From Blepharisma stoltei ATCC 30299 (taxonomy: Eukaryota; Protista; Ciliophora), in the NCBI GenBank assembly GCA_965603825.1, contig CBFDEM010000036.1, forward strand, positions 434,001 to 498,000: a stretch of DNA of 64,000 bases, given 5' to 3'. Below the pieces are notes generated by a model, which was not told the DNA's origin, made no database searches, and saw nothing but the letters and a program-made list of their open reading frames with translations. A program made the translations under genes and the position numbers. Below are positions 25,327-37,288 of this stretch, piece after piece. Every line of letters starts with the position of its first letter. Within the stretch, counting starts at the first letter, position 1.

Positions 25327-26523
25327 ATGAATCAGAAGCTTTTGCTAATTCTCTTCTTATTCCAGCTTATCTTAGCTGAAGATAAGCCTGATGCCAAAAG
25401 AAATTTTACAGAAGTTTGCACTGCTCATGGTTACTTGGTCGAAGTCCACACTGTAACTACAGCCGATAATTATATTCTTACCCTTTTCCGTGTTCCGAGG
25501 AAAGCAAACCAGCCTGCAAATCCTAACCAAAGAGTCGCATTCTTACAGCACGGCCTCCTGGATTGTGCTGATACTTGGATTATGGATCTTCCAAATTCTC
25601 CAGGTTTCCAAATGGTTGATGCTGGATATGATGTTTGGTTCGGAAACTCAAGAGGTAACTACCACAGCCTCGGCCACACAACATTAGATCCTTGGAAGAA
25701 CCTGACTTATTGGAACTTCACTTGGCAACATATGGCTGATTATGATATCCCAGCAGTGATACCATATGTCCTTCAGACCACAGGGCAACAAAAGCTTACT
25801 TATATTGGCCACTCTCAAGGAACTATTCAAATGTTCGCTCACCTTGCAGCCAACCCATCATTTATCCAAAACATTAACCTCTTTATTGCATTAGCACCAA
25901 TTGGAACTGTCAGATACCTGAAAATCGATTATTTCAGACTTCTAAAAAGAATTCCGTTATTTGAAATTATGCAAAAGCATGGAGCTGGAGCGTTCTTGCC
26001 ATATGATAAAGCTCCTGGCTTGAACTATGATTTCTGCGAATTGTTTGCAGGTGCATGTGATGATGTAATAATGTTGCTGACTGATTTGACAACTGGTAAT
26101 GATAATACCGAGATGTTTCCAACTATTTTGGCTCATGAAGCAGGTGGTACAAGTGTCTATAATATGATGCATTGGCAGCAGATGACCAACTATTTGGTTT
26201 ATAAAGTCCAGAAATATGACTATGGTCAAGCAGAAAATCTTGTTGTATATGGGCAAAAAGAAGCTCCAGTATATAATTTTGCTAAGATTCCTGGCCCAAT
26301 AGCTTTATTCTTTGGAACTGACGACAGACTTGCTGATCCTACTGATGGGGCATGGCTTAGAGGAATTCTTCCTGCTAAATCTATTGTCTATCAAGAAGAA
26401 ACATTGGACTTTGGGCACCTTACCTTTGTGTGGGGTAAGAATATGAGCTATTGGGATACTGTCATTGGACTAGCAAACCAATATAGCTCATCAAGTGAGA
26501 ATCTATTTCTCCAGGCTGATTAG
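25327..26523 (+). CDS. Secreted/lysosomal acid lipase (gastric lipase family)
   Basis: Signal peptide; LQHGLLD, GYDVWFGNSRGN, GHSQG nucleophile elbow, catalytic D (DDRLA) and H (FGHLTFVWG). Confidence 0.93.
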   Translation: MNQKLLLILFLFQLILAEDKPDAKRNFTEVCTAHGYLVEVHTVTTADNYILTLFRVPRKANQPANPNQRVAFLQHGLLDCADTWIMDLPNSPGFQMVDAGYDVWFGNSRGNYHSLGHTTLDPWKNLTYWNFTWQHMADYDIPAVIPYVLQTTGQQKLTYIGHSQGTIQMFAHLAANPSFIQNINLFIALAPIGTVRYLKIDYFRLLKRIPLFEIMQKHGAGAFLPYDKAPGLNYDFCELFAGACDDVIMLLTDLTTGNDNTEMFPTILAHEAGGTSVYNMMHWQQMTNYLVYKVQKYDYGQAENLVVYGQKEAPVYNFAKIPGPIALFFGTDDRLADPTDGAWLRGILPAKSIVYQEETLDFGHLTFVWGKNMSYWDTVIGLANQYSSSSENLFLQAD

Positions 26524-26904
26524 CTTTTAACTAATAACCAACAATAATTGAAAAATAGTATGTTTTCTTCAGCAAATCATTGTAAAGCGGGTTTATTAAC
26601 TCTATTAATTTTTTCCCTCAAGATTTGAATATTAAGCATTAATTTTGGCTTATAATTGACTCTCCTTGCATCAAGTATTAAAAACCTCTTATGCGAATGC
26701 TGTTTAAAATTTGCATATAATTTTAAAATAAAGTAGGATCAAAGAAAAATAGGGTAAAAATCTAAAAGCACAGAATATGATTTTTAATTTTGCTCAGGAA
26801 CAATAAATAAACTATTAAGATTCTTTATGATTAATATTTGAAATCTACAAAATCTGTGATAATCACAAAATAATAACTAGAATTTGGTAGTTATATTAAA
26901 TTCT

Positions 26905-28188
26905 ATGGAACCTCCTAGGCCGATGGCTCAAAAAATAGTTCAGCAGCCACCAAATAGCCAGCCAAATACTGCTCCACCTATTAAGTCAGGCAAGAAAATC
27001 GATGTGGGAAGATTTGAAGAAAACTTGAAATCAAAGCAAGCAGACAAAGAAAAGAAAACTTTTCAAACAGGAGTTTCCATTGAAGAAAGGATGAAGGCTT
27101 TAAAGCAGCAAAACAGCAATCAGGCTAAAGAACCTCAGCCAAAAAGCGAGTTTCAGACAGGAATTTCTGTCAGGGAGAGAGCTCAAACACTATTCCAAAG
27201 CCAAGAAAAAACAAAAATTGAAGGAGTAGATACAGAAGGCATCCAGCCAATTGCTCAAAGAAAGGCAAGCCTATATGCGAAGCCAGATATTATAGGAGAA
27301 GAAAAGAAAGCCAATATCAGCACAGGTGTCAGCATAAAAGAAAGAATGAACTCTTTATTAGAAGGCAATAAGGAATTAGAAAAAGAAAAGACAACTCTAG
27401 CTCATTCTAACACTGTTCCGATTGCTGAAAGGATGTCTATGCTTAATGCCAAACAAGAAGCGCCTGCAAATAAAGATATAAAAATCGAATCGTCAATGAC
27501 TTTGAAAGAAAGAATGGCTCTTTTTCAGGCACCAAAAGAAGAAGCAGTCCCAAAACGCACAATAGATGAGCCAATCCCATCTTTGAAAGAAAGAATGGAA
27601 AAATTTGCAAATAAAGAAGTTGATGTAAAGAAAAATGAAAACTTAAATGCAGGAGTAGGGATGAGTTTGAAGGAAAGAATGGAGATGTTTAATAAAAAGG
27701 ATGAAAATAATAAGAAAGCTGAAGCACCTGCAGCCAGTCTAGGCATTGGAGGAATTAGTGTAAAAGAAAGGCAAGAAATGCTTCTAAAAAAAGAAGAGCC
27801 AGCGAAAGTTAGAGCTCCTATAGAGACTGGCTGGTCTATGGACAGCAAATTTCAAAAGGAATCGGAGAATTCTTCTGACGAAGAAAAAGAAGTGGAAGAA
27901 GAGAAGCCAAAAGAAGAACAAAAAAAGTCCATATCAGCAGGCTTAATGGACAAATATGCCAAAAAAAGCACAAATAAAGGAAATAAAGAAGAAACAGTAA
28001 AAACTGATATAATTGTTAATACTCCTCAAGTACATCCAATAGAAGAAAATAATGAAAACTTCTTAAAAAACCTCTATGAAAAGGAGGAAAAACTATCTGG
28101 AAGTGGGTTGGATATGAGGACTTCTCTTGAAAAGCCTACAATAAAAAGGACAAGCTTATCAAAGCATGGACAAGATTACGAATTTTAA
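26905..28188 (+). CDS. Charged repeat protein with about 9 S[ILV]KERMxx[LF]-type repeats
   Basis: Repeats SIEERMKAL, SVRERAQTL, PIAQRKASL, SIKERMNSL, PIAERMSML, TLKERMALF, SLKERMEKF, SLKERMEMF, SVKERQEML. Confidence 0.75.
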   Translation: MEPPRPMAQKIVQQPPNSQPNTAPPIKSGKKIDVGRFEENLKSKQADKEKKTFQTGVSIEERMKALKQQNSNQAKEPQPKSEFQTGISVRERAQTLFQSQEKTKIEGVDTEGIQPIAQRKASLYAKPDIIGEEKKANISTGVSIKERMNSLLEGNKELEKEKTTLAHSNTVPIAERMSMLNAKQEAPANKDIKIESSMTLKERMALFQAPKEEAVPKRTIDEPIPSLKERMEKFANKEVDVKKNENLNAGVGMSLKERMEMFNKKDENNKKAEAPAASLGIGGISVKERQEMLLKKEEPAKVRAPIETGWSMDSKFQKESENSSDEEKEVEEEKPKEEQKKSISAGLMDKYAKKSTNKGNKEETVKTDIIVNTPQVHPIEENNENFLKNLYEKEEKLSGSGLDMRTSLEKPTIKRTSLSKHGQDYEF

Positions 28189-28303
28189 GACGAAAAGAAT
28201 ATAACTAGCAATTAATTCACATTATGCATAAATGCCTTATTAAATTATAAACCTTAGCTGCCATTATAAGTTAGAAATGCTTAGCGAAGTTAGTACGGGA
28301 TAT

Positions 28304-29518
28304 TTAGTTTAATCTAAATCGAGTTTCCACAGCTGCGTTGTAAACATTTTGAAGGACTGTATTGGCTAGCTTGCGAATTAATACTTCTTTGTTTCCAACC
28401 ACAGCGTCACACATCTCTGCATTAACCTCCATGAACTTATCGGTGCTTTGGCTATGACTTCTCATTTCTAGAACTCTTATAGCAAGCTCAAGGTCAGCAA
28501 TCTTTTTCTCTTCGCCTGCCAGAAGTGCATTGGCATTTTCTTCTGTAGAAAGTCTTTCCTCATCCAGCTCGTTAATCTTCTTGCACAATGAAGTTTTTAG
28601 ATGTTGATACCCATCATTTTCCAAGTCTAAATTGCTATATCACTTCAAAACTGCATTTTCTATATCTTTCGCGTAATTTCTCCCATAACTTCTTTTGATA
28701 TCAGCGATGTCTTGAGATAATTCTTCAAATCGATTTAAAGGTTCATTTTTAGCTTCTTTCATGATTTTTGACGATGCAGTTGCATCATAGTTTGAGTTTC
28801 TCGAAGTATTAAGGTCTTGAAAATAGGGCTTTTCTTTTGAAAAGTCTTTTTCTGCTGCTTCTTGCTTAAGTCGCTTATTTTCTTCTTGAGCTTCTTTTAA
28901 TCTTCTGCTCATTTGTTGGACTTCTTCTTCGATGGCATTTAAAAACTTTTGTGTTTTCTTTTCATACAATTCTTGTATTGCTTTTGTCTGAGGATCGATA
29001 ACGATCTTTTCTTTTTCTTTGGAGATCGCGGTTTTGAATAGGTTGAGTGCCCTGGATTCGTTCTCTTTTGAATTTTCTCTATGCTTTTTTGATGCCTTTT
29101 TTGTACTTAAAATCTCTGTTATCAATGATTCTAGGGTGTTTGAAATGCCTCGAGTTGTGCTTGCTTTGGGTTTCGGAGACGCTCGAGATGAATTCATTAA
29201 TTCTCGAGGCTTAGGGGATTGGGTTAATCTTGGTGGTAGGGTTCTTGGAAACCTGGGAGACTTTAAAGGAGAAAAAGGAGAAGGCGACATAGTTGGACTT
29301 CTTTGAGATAGAGGAGGAGTTTCTCATGATGTAGAAGCAAAACTATGAGATGCTTCTGCTGATTTTTGGGGCACTATAGGCATTTGTTGAGGCATCTTCC
29401 TGATAGTGGAAGGTTCGGACTTAGGCAATGACTGGGCAAAGACAGAAGCCTTTGGCTCTTGAGAAAGTCTTTTAGCTCTTTCAAGAAATTCATTAACTCG
29501 ATATGATGTGGAAGACAT
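28304..29518 (-). CDS. Hypothetical coiled-coil protein with SP-rich N-terminus
   Basis: Three same-frame ORFs joined through TGA at 29324 and 28640. Confidence 0.7.
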
Positions 29519-29991
29519 TTATAATTTTATTATTAGATATGTTAGATTCAGAGAAGAAAAAAATTATGCTTCAAGATGCATTATAAAGAAAGGTACCTGC
29601 ATCATCAAAACTAAGTATAAATAAATAAAAAGGTACTCAGCCTAAACTACCTTTATTACAAAGGAAGCTTGAAATTTCAATTATCCCTATGCTGAGGTTT
29701 AACGCAAACATCTGCTCTTAACGTTTTTTCTTCTCTAATGAATGTCTATCGATGTAGAAGCTTTATACACTCTATTATAATTCTCTCACTCTATGAAAAA
29801 TTGTAATTTTAGTTTTCTCTTGCCTCTCCTACTGATAATTATCATTTGAAGTCTAAGGGTTGCGAGATAATTCTCCTAAGCCTTAAATCTTTCTCCTAAT
29901 CTGAGTTCTATACAACTTGAAAACTATGATTTTAGATTAGTATTAATTATTTAATATGTGCTATTTTTACATCTTCAACTTTAGATCTGAC

Positions 29992-31455
29992 TTATAGTAG
30001 ATTTTCATTGCAGTTTGGGCACTGTGCAGAGAAATTTCTCTGCCTTAGTCATTCATCAAGACAATTCGAATGAAATGGATGAGAGCAGAGGGTCACTCTG
30101 ATCTCATCATTATAAGCAATTTCATTTAAACATATACTGCATACAGGATCGCCTTTGATGGCCAAATCAGCAGAAAATATGAGTGATGGAAGAATCGAAT
30201 CAAGTTTCTGAGATTTTGACTCCACAGCTTTACTTGTTTGGATTTGGTATTGGCTTCTAGATGATTGGGGGATAATGTGATGCCCATGGCGATTCCTTCG
30301 TCGTTTTATAAGTCAAAATATTATTCCTCCTATGATTATGGAGGGAATAACTACGCATGTGACTGTAATAGCCACAGTTGTTTTTGTTGACAGTGATAAA
30401 GAAGTGCTCTTTTTGCATTGATTAATAGATTTATTGAGGACATTCATATCTGGATCGAATAAACCCAATGACTTAGAGCAATAATTAATCTGTTGGGATT
30501 GGTATAATGATCAATTCTCTGTTTCTTTGTAAATATTTTTAACTAAATTATATTGCTCTTCTGTTATAGATCCGCATGAAAATAGAATATCAATATCATC
30601 TGTGTGCGAAAATTTACCTGAGCAATTTGATGAGTCATACTTCAATGCGCTTGAAATTAGACTGGAGATGCATTTGAGGTATCTTATATATTGCCCACAG
30701 TACCCAGTGTCCTTATTCTTTCCATCGCACTCACAAGGAGTGCTTGCAAAAAGTGGATTTTTATTGCTGTTTCCAAGAAAAATACAATTATCTCCAATAC
30801 TACAATTGAAAGGATAATAAGACATTTCATCTTGTAGATATAAACTTAAAGAATCGCAAATATCTCCGATTTTCAACATACTTTTGCAAAATTTGCTATC
30901 TTCAGTTTTCTTGCCATCGCTTAAGGAAAAATATTGGACACATTTCCCAAAATTACACCCATACCCTGCTCCGCATTCATTGTCACGCTTACATCCATTA
31001 GAGCCAGAGGAATACGATTTATAGCAAAATCCTAAATCAGTGCAGTATAAATTTGTGTCGCACTCTTCGTCCTTTGAGCAGTGTTGGGATTCTTTGATGC
31101 CTATGCACCCAGATTTTCCACACTGCTCTGATTGGCAATCAGTATGTTTGCAGCAGTCTTGTCCAGTTAATCTTGATCTGTCTAAATAATTGCATATGCT
31201 TGAGGATTCATGAACACAAGTTTTATTGATGAATCTATCTATATGATTCAAATTTGGAGAGATGTTTTGCACAGGGCAAATGCTATTCGATCCACATGGA
31301 TTTAAAGTAATAACTTGCGATTGATTATAAACAACTAGGCAGTTTTGAGGATTCTGCTCAGAGCTGCAAGTTAAAAAATAGCATTCTTCAGCACTTCCAA
31401 GAGCATTTCTTATGAGATCCAAAGTGAAAATTGAAACTAAAAAATTAAAGGCCAT
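29992..31455 (-). CDS. Signal peptide - Cys-rich ectodomain - TM - RING-H2 E3 ligase (487 aa)
   Basis: Reading through TGA 30511 gives TM VAITVTCVVIPSIIIGGIIFWLI, then KRRR, then GDPVCSICLNE...CSHPFHSNCLDE(W)L...CPNC; TAA at 29992. The ectodomain has CxxDxEC repeats. Confidence 0.85.
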
Positions 31456-31784
31456 GCTCTTTTTTAAAGTGAAATCTTAAATGATAAATTAAAATAAAAT
31501 AAGAGATTGCAAAATTAATACTTCTACATACTAGCTATTGTACCAACATTCAAAACCATATCTTTTTATAAATTAAATAGACTTGCTTAGCTTAGGAAAA
31601 GCTATTTCATATTTACTTGAATTATTGCATTGGGAAAACTCTTGAAGCTATAGATTATTTGTTTTAAATGAATATCCTGCAAGAATTAAATATCCATTAA
31701 TTTTAAGCTAAAAATATAATCTAGCATTAATTAATATGCCTTTCTGAAAAGAATTTTAGCTTTCAATTATTAAATCTGTATTAA

Positions 31785-32162
31785 TTATCCGTTTAACGCA
31801 TCCTCTTCACTTTTAGAGCGCATTACAGTAGGTCTCACCATTGCTCTCCCAATAGATCCAATCCACGCTTCTTTATCATTAGGGTCTAGAGCACTAAAAT
31901 AAAATACTCTATCTCGAGTATCAATTCTGAAAGAAAAGTCTTTCTTCGTTTCTTCTTCTGCCGATTTCACAGTTGAGCAGTCCTGCAATCTTATGCGCTC
32001 AGTTGGATTATCTCTATATCCCTGCTGTTGTTTGAAGGAAAAAAGGTATTTTGGTGTCAGAACGAGCCATCTTCTTCTCCATTCTTTGATGAATCTGCTT
32101 CTCTTTTCGATCCAACCTTCTTTAAGTATTGTTTCAAAGTTCTCTGTATCACCTCTTTCCAT
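31785..32162 (-). CDS. Stand-alone PH-domain protein
   Basis: KEGWIEKRSRFIKEWRRRWLVL, FSFRIDT, DKEAWIGSIGRA. Confidence 0.92.
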   Translation of the reverse strand: MERGDTENFETILKEGWIEKRSRFIKEWRRRWLVLTPKYLFSFKQQQGYRDNPTERIRLQDCSTVKSAEEETKKDFSFRIDTRDRVFYFSALDPNDKEAWIGSIGRAMVRPTVMRSKSEEDALNG

Positions 32163-32282
32163 ATATTCTTCAACTATTTATAAGTGACATCAATAAATTT
32201 TAGAATAATTATAAATTATGAAGAGGATCAATTAATTTGGCTTAATAAATAAACCTTGTTATATTAAGTTATCAACATAAAG

Positions 32283-34190
32283 CTATTTTTTTTGCAATTT
32301 TAGTTTCCCATGAGCCCTCAATGCTCTCATGATTTTATTTCGATGATCAATTGGAATTAGTCTCCCCAAGCTTCATATGTTTGTAATCTCTCTCTGGACT
32401 TTATTGAGCTTTTTTACATAAACTGAAAAATATAAAAGCAAAACAATAACGCAGTATGAAGAACTGATCCATGCCACAACAAAAGCATCCTCATGTATTA
32501 GGCTCTTTATATCCGATTCATATAGGTCTATTAATTTTGCTCCCATTGCCATCAATTCCTCCTTTACCTCACTAATATCGTCCAAAGAAGGATCTTGACC
32601 TTCGATGATTTCCCAATAAATATTCCTCACTCCTAAGTAGTACTCGTTCAAAGAAGCATAAAATCCTTTTGACAAAGTAATGCATTCTTGAGAGATGCAA
32701 GCATCATCCCATATATAAGTATCATGCTTAGAGCTCCTGCTCAAAGAGGAAAGATAAAGAAACAATAAGTTGTACTCAGAAAATATTATCAGTTCTGAAT
32801 TAAAGTAAAACGCATCGTTAGGGCTTACTTCATATTCACTGTATGGAACAACCCATTTATAGCCTAAGCTTGAATTCGCATACTTTACTTCTTGAAGCCA
32901 GAAATAAGCTGCGTTTATGGATGATGTCCTCATTCCTGCCCAATTGTTAATTTTCGGCTTGATTTCCAGAGTGTTTCCAAATGTCTCGTATCCCAAAAAA
33001 TAAAAAAATAAAAAATAAGCAGCAGACAGCACATAATATACTATAAGTTTCACCAAAATTCCTTTCCATTTATTCGTGGCTTTGATATCGCTCCTCCCAT
33101 CCAGTGACTTGAATTTATTTTTTTCATTCTTTTTATCAGACTCAATGCCATGAGTTGTCTCCAACCTTTCTTCGCACCTCGATTTCATTTCGAGAACCAA
33201 ATCGATTGGCAATAAGTAAAATAAACTCCAGACAGTTTGATTTGACTTCTCTACCTGTCTCAATGTAGGAATTATAATTAAAAAAAAGCAGATAAAAATA
33301 AGAGCAATTGCGCATAAAGCAAGGATCAATATAATTCTCAAAAATTGGTTCATGCTTTCTTCGACGTCGTCTATGAAGTATTTAATAGACACATTTAAGG
33401 CCTGCATTGTTTCTCCGAAGCTGTTTCGGTAAATATAAAAGAAATCGGGATTTTTTATATCGATTTCTTGTAGAGGGGTATTATAAAGAAGTTGAGCTCG
33501 AGTGACGAGATTTTGCATTGCATCCATTAAATTTACATCAGTGCTATTGATTATCCCATTCTTCATTTGCCATGACTTAATATTTTCGTCTAAATACATA
33601 TCTTTTGCTTTTCCATCACTTCAAGCCTTAATATTGTCTTTAATATTGCTAATGATTTCATTGTAACGGTCTATATCAGTCATAAGTCTAGTTCTACTGC
33701 CTGCTTCCATTGAAGATGGCAATAATCCTTCATTAATCAAGTTTAATACTCTGGCATCTAGAATGAAATAGGTATTTAGTTCTCTTCTTTCAGCAAGATC
33801 GTTTATAATGACACTTTCCAAAAAGTTTGTGGCAATAAATTCAAGATAAATCATCATAGCCAGAGCGGCTATATTTACTATCACACACTATATAAAAGTT
33901 ACTGTAAGAAAAAAGGAGATTTTGAAACGTTTCATTGAGTTTGTGACTCCAGATAAGAGAACTTGTGCTTCTTGGCTTGAGGTGAAACTTGCGTTCGAAC
34001 TTACAGCAGAACTTGCAATACTTGTTCCTGACCTTTTTTTGTTTGAAACATCTTCATCAATTACAGAGAAAGAGACGACTGAAGCAGCGTCTGCAGCTTT
34101 TTCAGAGTTATCAAATACAAAGCCACCTAAGTCTTTTAGGTCAAAAATCTTTCCTTCTTGAGGCACAGGAAGAGGCTTTGCTGCTTCTTT

Positions 34191-34223
<33 letters not shown>

Positions 34224-36917
34224 CTCGTCTTCTTTTTCTTCTTTGTCCTCATCTTCATCAACCTTAGATTCTGATAGCTTTACTGGCTGTTTCGAAGACA
34301 CAGCATCTTTTACTTTTCCTCCTGCAACATTTTTTCCAGCTTTAAAATCAGTATCATCAATTTCATATACTTCTGGGTTGATGTCGAACGTAACGTTGCA
34401 ATTTTTTTCACTTTTAGTTCTAGGCGCTTTCAATATCCCTCTTTTCTCTCTCCTGGTTTCTTCAGTTTGAGTTGGTTCTATAACTCCAAGATCCCTCAAA
34501 TCATCAAAGTTCATGGTTTCTTTGTTTGTTTTTCAAGACTTGGCCTCATCTTTATCAGCAGTGACATACAACATTTTAAAAGTCGTTTTTCCCATGACTA
34601 AATCAATGAATCTCATCCATAGCGTGTTCACAGTGCCAGGAAGAATATATTCGAAAATTGCAGGAGGAGGGTTTTTCTCTCTTAATAAGTCAAAATCGGG
34701 GATGACTTTGTTGGCGTCTATCTTGTTTAGAAGGCAAATTTCTTCTGAGTAGCCAAGTACACGAGCTATGCCTCGGGTATTTACTGTAATCATACTTGAG
34801 TCATCGTAGAGTAAGCACTCTCTCGCTTGAGTGTTCTTTTTTATTGCAGAAAGAAAAAAAGGGTAAGAGTCTAGGGCAACAGCCCTTCCTTTGTAATAGC
34901 ATTCAATAAGAAACCCAAGAGCATCAACCATAATAAGGTTGAAAGGAGCACAGACTTCTGTTGTGGTTGTATTCTGAAGATATTCCTCCATTGCTCGATT
35001 ATGCACGTTTAATTGATTTCCAGGGGGTGGGATGTAAATAATTATATTTTGGCCTATTGCATATCTTGTTGGAATTGCTAATAAATTTCCCGCTTGGGTA
35101 TTAATGTTTATTATAGTTCCAATATCAGAAGGGCTGCCAGATATAATAATAATCCCATTATTTTCATCAAAATAATTAAATCTTTCGCCAATAATTGCAT
35201 TTTTCTGTTCTGATTGCAGCTTTTCGTGCTCAGCTCTACTAACTAGCTCGTTCCCTTTGACAGTGTTATTATACACTTCAAGCAAAAAGGTTCCATACAA
35301 CCTCAATGCTTGCTGGTTGATTGGATAATGCTTAATCAAGTTTTTGGAAAATCTTTTAGACTTTTGGATATTTTTGAACAATTTATACCCAATTTTTTCT
35401 ATATTTTCTATCAATGGTTTTTCTGCACTTAGTTCAGTCCAAAAATCCAATTGATTTTGGCAGGCTTCTTTATCAAGCTTAAGAGCATCTTCATACATCT
35501 TCCGAAAGTTTATATAATCTACTTCTTCCAAAACTTTTTTACTAAAATCGGTAATTGCTCGGAAATATTTATACTTTAAATAGGTTCCTTCCAATGAGAA
35601 TTGTGTGTCCATTGTATAAGTTAGCTTGATTTTTGCTACACCCTCTTTTTTGAGAACAATATATACATATAAAAACTCTCAGAGAGCACAAAACACATTC
35701 CCTCTAAACCTCTTGTTTATTTCTCTATATAGAGTTTGAATATTGGCTCGGATCTTTTTGGCTGAAATTTTACCTTCTGGGGTTTTTCGGTTTATTTCCA
35801 AGAGTTTTAAAATCTCAAATCTCACAATCAACTCACAGCAATAAAGATTTTGGCTATAAATTACTTCTTCACAGTTTGATTTAAGCCAAGCAATTCGATA
35901 TTTTAAGGCCTCTCACAGTCCCAATTCTAAGCATGGATAAATCAAAATTATAAAATAAAATACAACGGTAGCATTATCAAGATAAAGTCCGATAAGCTGA
36001 GTTAATGAGCTTCAAGCAAGAAGTAAATAGCAACTGGAGGCAGTGAAATTGACAAAAATTGTGTAAAAAGGTAAAAAATACAAATATGCTCCTGAAAGCA
36101 AGACCCCGGATGCAAGTCCAATCCCAAGGTGTGCTGCATAATACGTTTCTTGAAGATATCAATGGCTATAACTAAGTGCAGTCAATAACAAAATTTTGCA
36201 AACTTCAATTTTCCCATGGGCTCTTGCATATATCATTGATTTATGCCTCGTTATATACTGTTCATAATTAAAAGCAGCATCCATAAGAACAAATATTAGT
36301 AATACTGGCACTGAGATTTCACTAATGACATCTATATAGCCAACTTGAATATCACTTGAATTTATGTCTCCGTATCCAAAAACTTTAGTTTCTGACGCCC
36401 ATGAATATTTCTGAACTGAAATAAAAATATTGATAAAGGGTAAGTACAAAATCATTCTAATAATCTTTAAAACAGACCCAAGGATGTACCGGTAATTGCT
36501 TTCTTTAATTTTCAGCTTGAAATAAATCTTGAAATAAAAGAATAAGAATACTAATGTTATGTATCCCACAACACCTAGAGCTACATAAAAACAATGAACT
36601 CCCAGCCCCAGAATCGCTAAAAGATAATCAATTCTTACGATTCCTACTATAGTTGAAAACCAATTAAAGGAACTCCAAGAATCGATGTTAGGAGGAAGTG
36701 TTAAACTCAAAACTTGCAATGATATTATTGCCGAATAAAGCATGTGAGCATACATTTTCGCAGTTTGTGTTTCAAATCTATTTATAGTGTTGTAATCTTT
36801 GAAAAGAGCATAGAATACAGCAAATAAAGTTTCCAGGAGGTTATAGCTGAACTTGCTTATCTTTTTAAAAACCGATTCTTCGGAATCTTGAATATTACTT
36901 TCATCATTATCTTCCAT
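32283..36917 (-). CDS. Large multi-TM PAS-domain protein (TmcB/TmcC-like, about 1539 aa)
   Basis: Single frame across several TGA and one 15-nt intron. N-terminal TM block, FWTEL...ALRLYGTFLLEVYNN helical region, PAS-like NGIIIISG...IGTIININ, acidic linker, three C-terminal TM regions; TAG at 32283. Confidence 0.78.
33888..33902 (-). other. 15-nt intron (GTAACTTTTATATAG)
   Basis: Removes an in-frame TAG inside a TM helix (FFLT|CVIVNI). Confidence 0.85.
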
Positions 36918-37191
36918 TCTAATTAAGATAAAGAATTTTTTATTTATTGTCGATTTTTATTAAAAGTGCTTAAATTTCTGATTCAATTATTTATGAATAA
37001 ATAGATTCTGCGTTGCCTAATTGGATTCGATAAAGAACTGCGATAGATTTAGCTAGACTTAAAATTTTATTTAGAAAAAAATTGGAATAAAGGAGATAAT
37101 TGAACAAAAAGCAGATATGTTGCTAAACATTAATTATTTTAAGAAAATATAAATTTAAATAGGAAATATTTAATATCAGTAGCAATAAATC

Positions 37192-37288
37192 TAAAGAAAA
37201 AGAAACTATAAAGGCTATATTTTCTGTTTTGTTCCATTAAAGGAGAGGGGGAATAAAGAAAAAGAAACTATAAAGGCTATATTTTCTG
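37192..37288. repeat. Perfect 35-bp direct repeat, two copies (TAAAGAAAAAGAAACTATAAAGGCTATATTTTCTG) with a 27-bp spacer
   Basis: Copies at 37192-37226 and 37254-37288, in the longest intergenic region of the window. Confidence 0.9.

Noticed and set aside
34190-34260. (TCT/TCC)n microsatellite
   Set aside because: Encodes the poly-Glu linker of the PAS membrane protein.
37192-37288. CRISPR-like repeat-spacer-repeat
   Set aside because: Only two copies, not palindromic, no cas genes, eukaryotic context.
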